From positions 58,836-122,835 of the forward strand of contig JAPPPQ010000023.1 of NCBI GenBank assembly GCA_028817435.1: 64,000 bases of DNA. The letters are read 5' to 3'. Positions 63,901-64,000 of the stretch are shown here, in pieces; the stretch's first letter is position 1, and each line of letters starts with the position of its first letter. Source of the DNA: Deltaproteobacteria bacterium. GTDB taxonomy: Bacteria; Myxococcota_A; UBA9160; UBA6930. The notes under the pieces are model-generated. The model ran no database searches, was not told the DNA's origin, and saw only the letters and a program-made list of their open reading frames with translations. Made by a program: the position numbers and the translations under genes.

Positions 63901-64000
63901 TCGGCAGCGGCTTTCGCCTGGCGAGCATGGATCTGGAGATTCGCGGGGCCGGTAATCTGCTCGGCGCAGAGCAATCCGGCCATCTCGCCTCCGTGGGTTA
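60966..64000 (+). CDS. mfd: Transcription-repair coupling factor Mfd (partial; runs off the right edge; not in the supplied ORF track)
   Basis: Hand translation from GTG 60966: [42 protein letters not shown]...GGIVDVFPP... The frame stays open to 64000, ending ...[24 protein letters not shown]. Helicase blocks [24 protein letters not shown]. Confidence 0.9.
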   Translation, partial: MKSGAVEKAGLAGLAARLAKRRGSVRLHGLRGASQALVAAQLIESHSGAALVVAAGAKQADRFALDLQAALGEPQSAGGRVRVFPHPDTAPYDRFSPQPFVVAQRMDVLHRLAAPRAAHSAAPVLVAPWTALAWRVPTRAAVRAASLQVARGDELDRDEFALALAAAGYARQPLAEERGEFALRGGIVDVFPPQRALPVRIELLGSEVESLREFDPASQRSQAELEAAALPPPRELLLQRDLVVAQSDALRARAEQQGVPPAAMDALLDSLLRGALPPGAEAIAPLLQPGGCESFFNFLPDDALLILAEPAEAQQRMQRFADEAGEAHDSARASAQRLVCEPGELLLTPGEITEAIAARRAVHLERLEVQTGVDSAAGESIALRAAGNELLCRELQSARGAEQPLAPLLRALRGWCNAGQRVALLADALSGAERLRALLGEHGFAVEVAREPAPARNWSAPGQVQLRVADLSAGFALPEAGLAVLTEQEIFGPRQRRRPTAGFGAGLDAAQSALAKLAPGDRLVHAEHGIGVYRGFVLLKLGRSAEEFLRIEYDGGDRLFVPVHRLNLVQPYVGADGVAPPLDRLGGATWEKTRRAVRRSLRDMAKGLLEVHAARELAPGTAFAPRDRALADFEARFPYEETPDQSAAIADVLADLAAPRPMDRLICGDVGYGKTEVACRAAHQVLMAGAQVAVLVPTTILCQQHLDTFRKRFAGLPARIESLSRFSNPAQSRAVLEGMENGGVDLVIGTHRLLQKNVRFRNLGLLVVDEEHRFGVAHKERIKRFRQSVDVLTLTATPIPRTLQMAFTSLRDLSVIATPPPDRLAVRTQLCLFEESLVREAILREVRRGGQVFFVHNRVRSIGSIAELLERIVPEVRVQVAHGQMSERELEDRMRAFLNGDYDLLLCTTIIESGLDMPRVNTILVDRADRLGLAQLYQLRGRVGRSGQRAYAYLLIPGEAALTRQALSRLEAIQDLAGLGSGFRLASMDLEIRGAGNLLGAEQSGHLASVG

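Noticed and set aside
60888-63983. 553-aa and 467-aa minus-strand ORFs plus several plus-strand fragments (60944-61570, 62963-63955)
   Set aside because: All overlap the single long plus-strand frame from GTG 60966 that encodes Mfd and stays open to the window end. That frame is missing from the track only because it has no in-window stop.
1-64000. CRISPR arrays, rRNA/tRNA genes, IS elements, integrases, reverse transcriptases
   Set aside because: Reading through all spacers and ORFs, I found no regularly spaced repeats, no tRNA-like segments, and no DDE/tyrosine/serine recombinase or RT motifs. The visual scan is imperfect, so tRNAscan, Infernal and ISfinder searches would be the decisive checks.

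Overview
Very G+C-rich bacterial chromosomal segment (hand counts of single 60-nt lines in core genes: 45/60 and 51/60 G+C). It is almost gap-free, with about 62 protein-coding genes, many translationally coupled through ATGA/GTGA overlaps. I found no rRNA, tRNA, CRISPR array, transposase or integrase. Core content: (i) Two acyl-CoA/lipid catabolic clusters. The larger (20.0-31.4 kb) is a 10-gene minus-strand operon plus a divergent acyl-CoA ligase. Its composition (CoA-transferase A/B, NMO-type reductase, crotonase, paired acyl-CoA dehydrogenases, thiolase, SDRs) resembles steroid C/D-ring (HIP) degradation clusters. (ii) A TTQ amine dehydrogenase cluster mauB-E-D-A, followed by two monoheme cytochromes c and preceded by a TonB-dependent receptor carrying a 14-nt poly-G tract. 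(iii) Housekeeping genes (msrB, rnhA, ychF, tgt, pyrF, rlmE, an isolated rplC, mfd). Interspersed are four restriction-modification/toxin-antitoxin islets, compositionally lighter where sampled (27-33/60 G+C per line). Islet A (1-3661) has hsdR + higB + a HigA-ImmA fusion. Islet B (15.8-17.9 kb) has hsdS convergent with a beta-class methyltransferase. Islet C (36.5-39.6 kb) is a 1010-aa MmeI-like single-chain nuclease-methyltransferase. Islet D (54.1-56.9 kb) has vsr-dcm with a divergent PD-(D/E)xK protein. Two real genes run off the window edges (HigA-ImmA at the left, mfd at the right) and are absent from the supplied ORF track. Most long ORFs in the track are high-GC shadow frames. All starts were chosen by hand from RBS/overlap context and family N-terminal patterns. 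No database search or computation was run, so family calls rest on motifs I can read in the translations.
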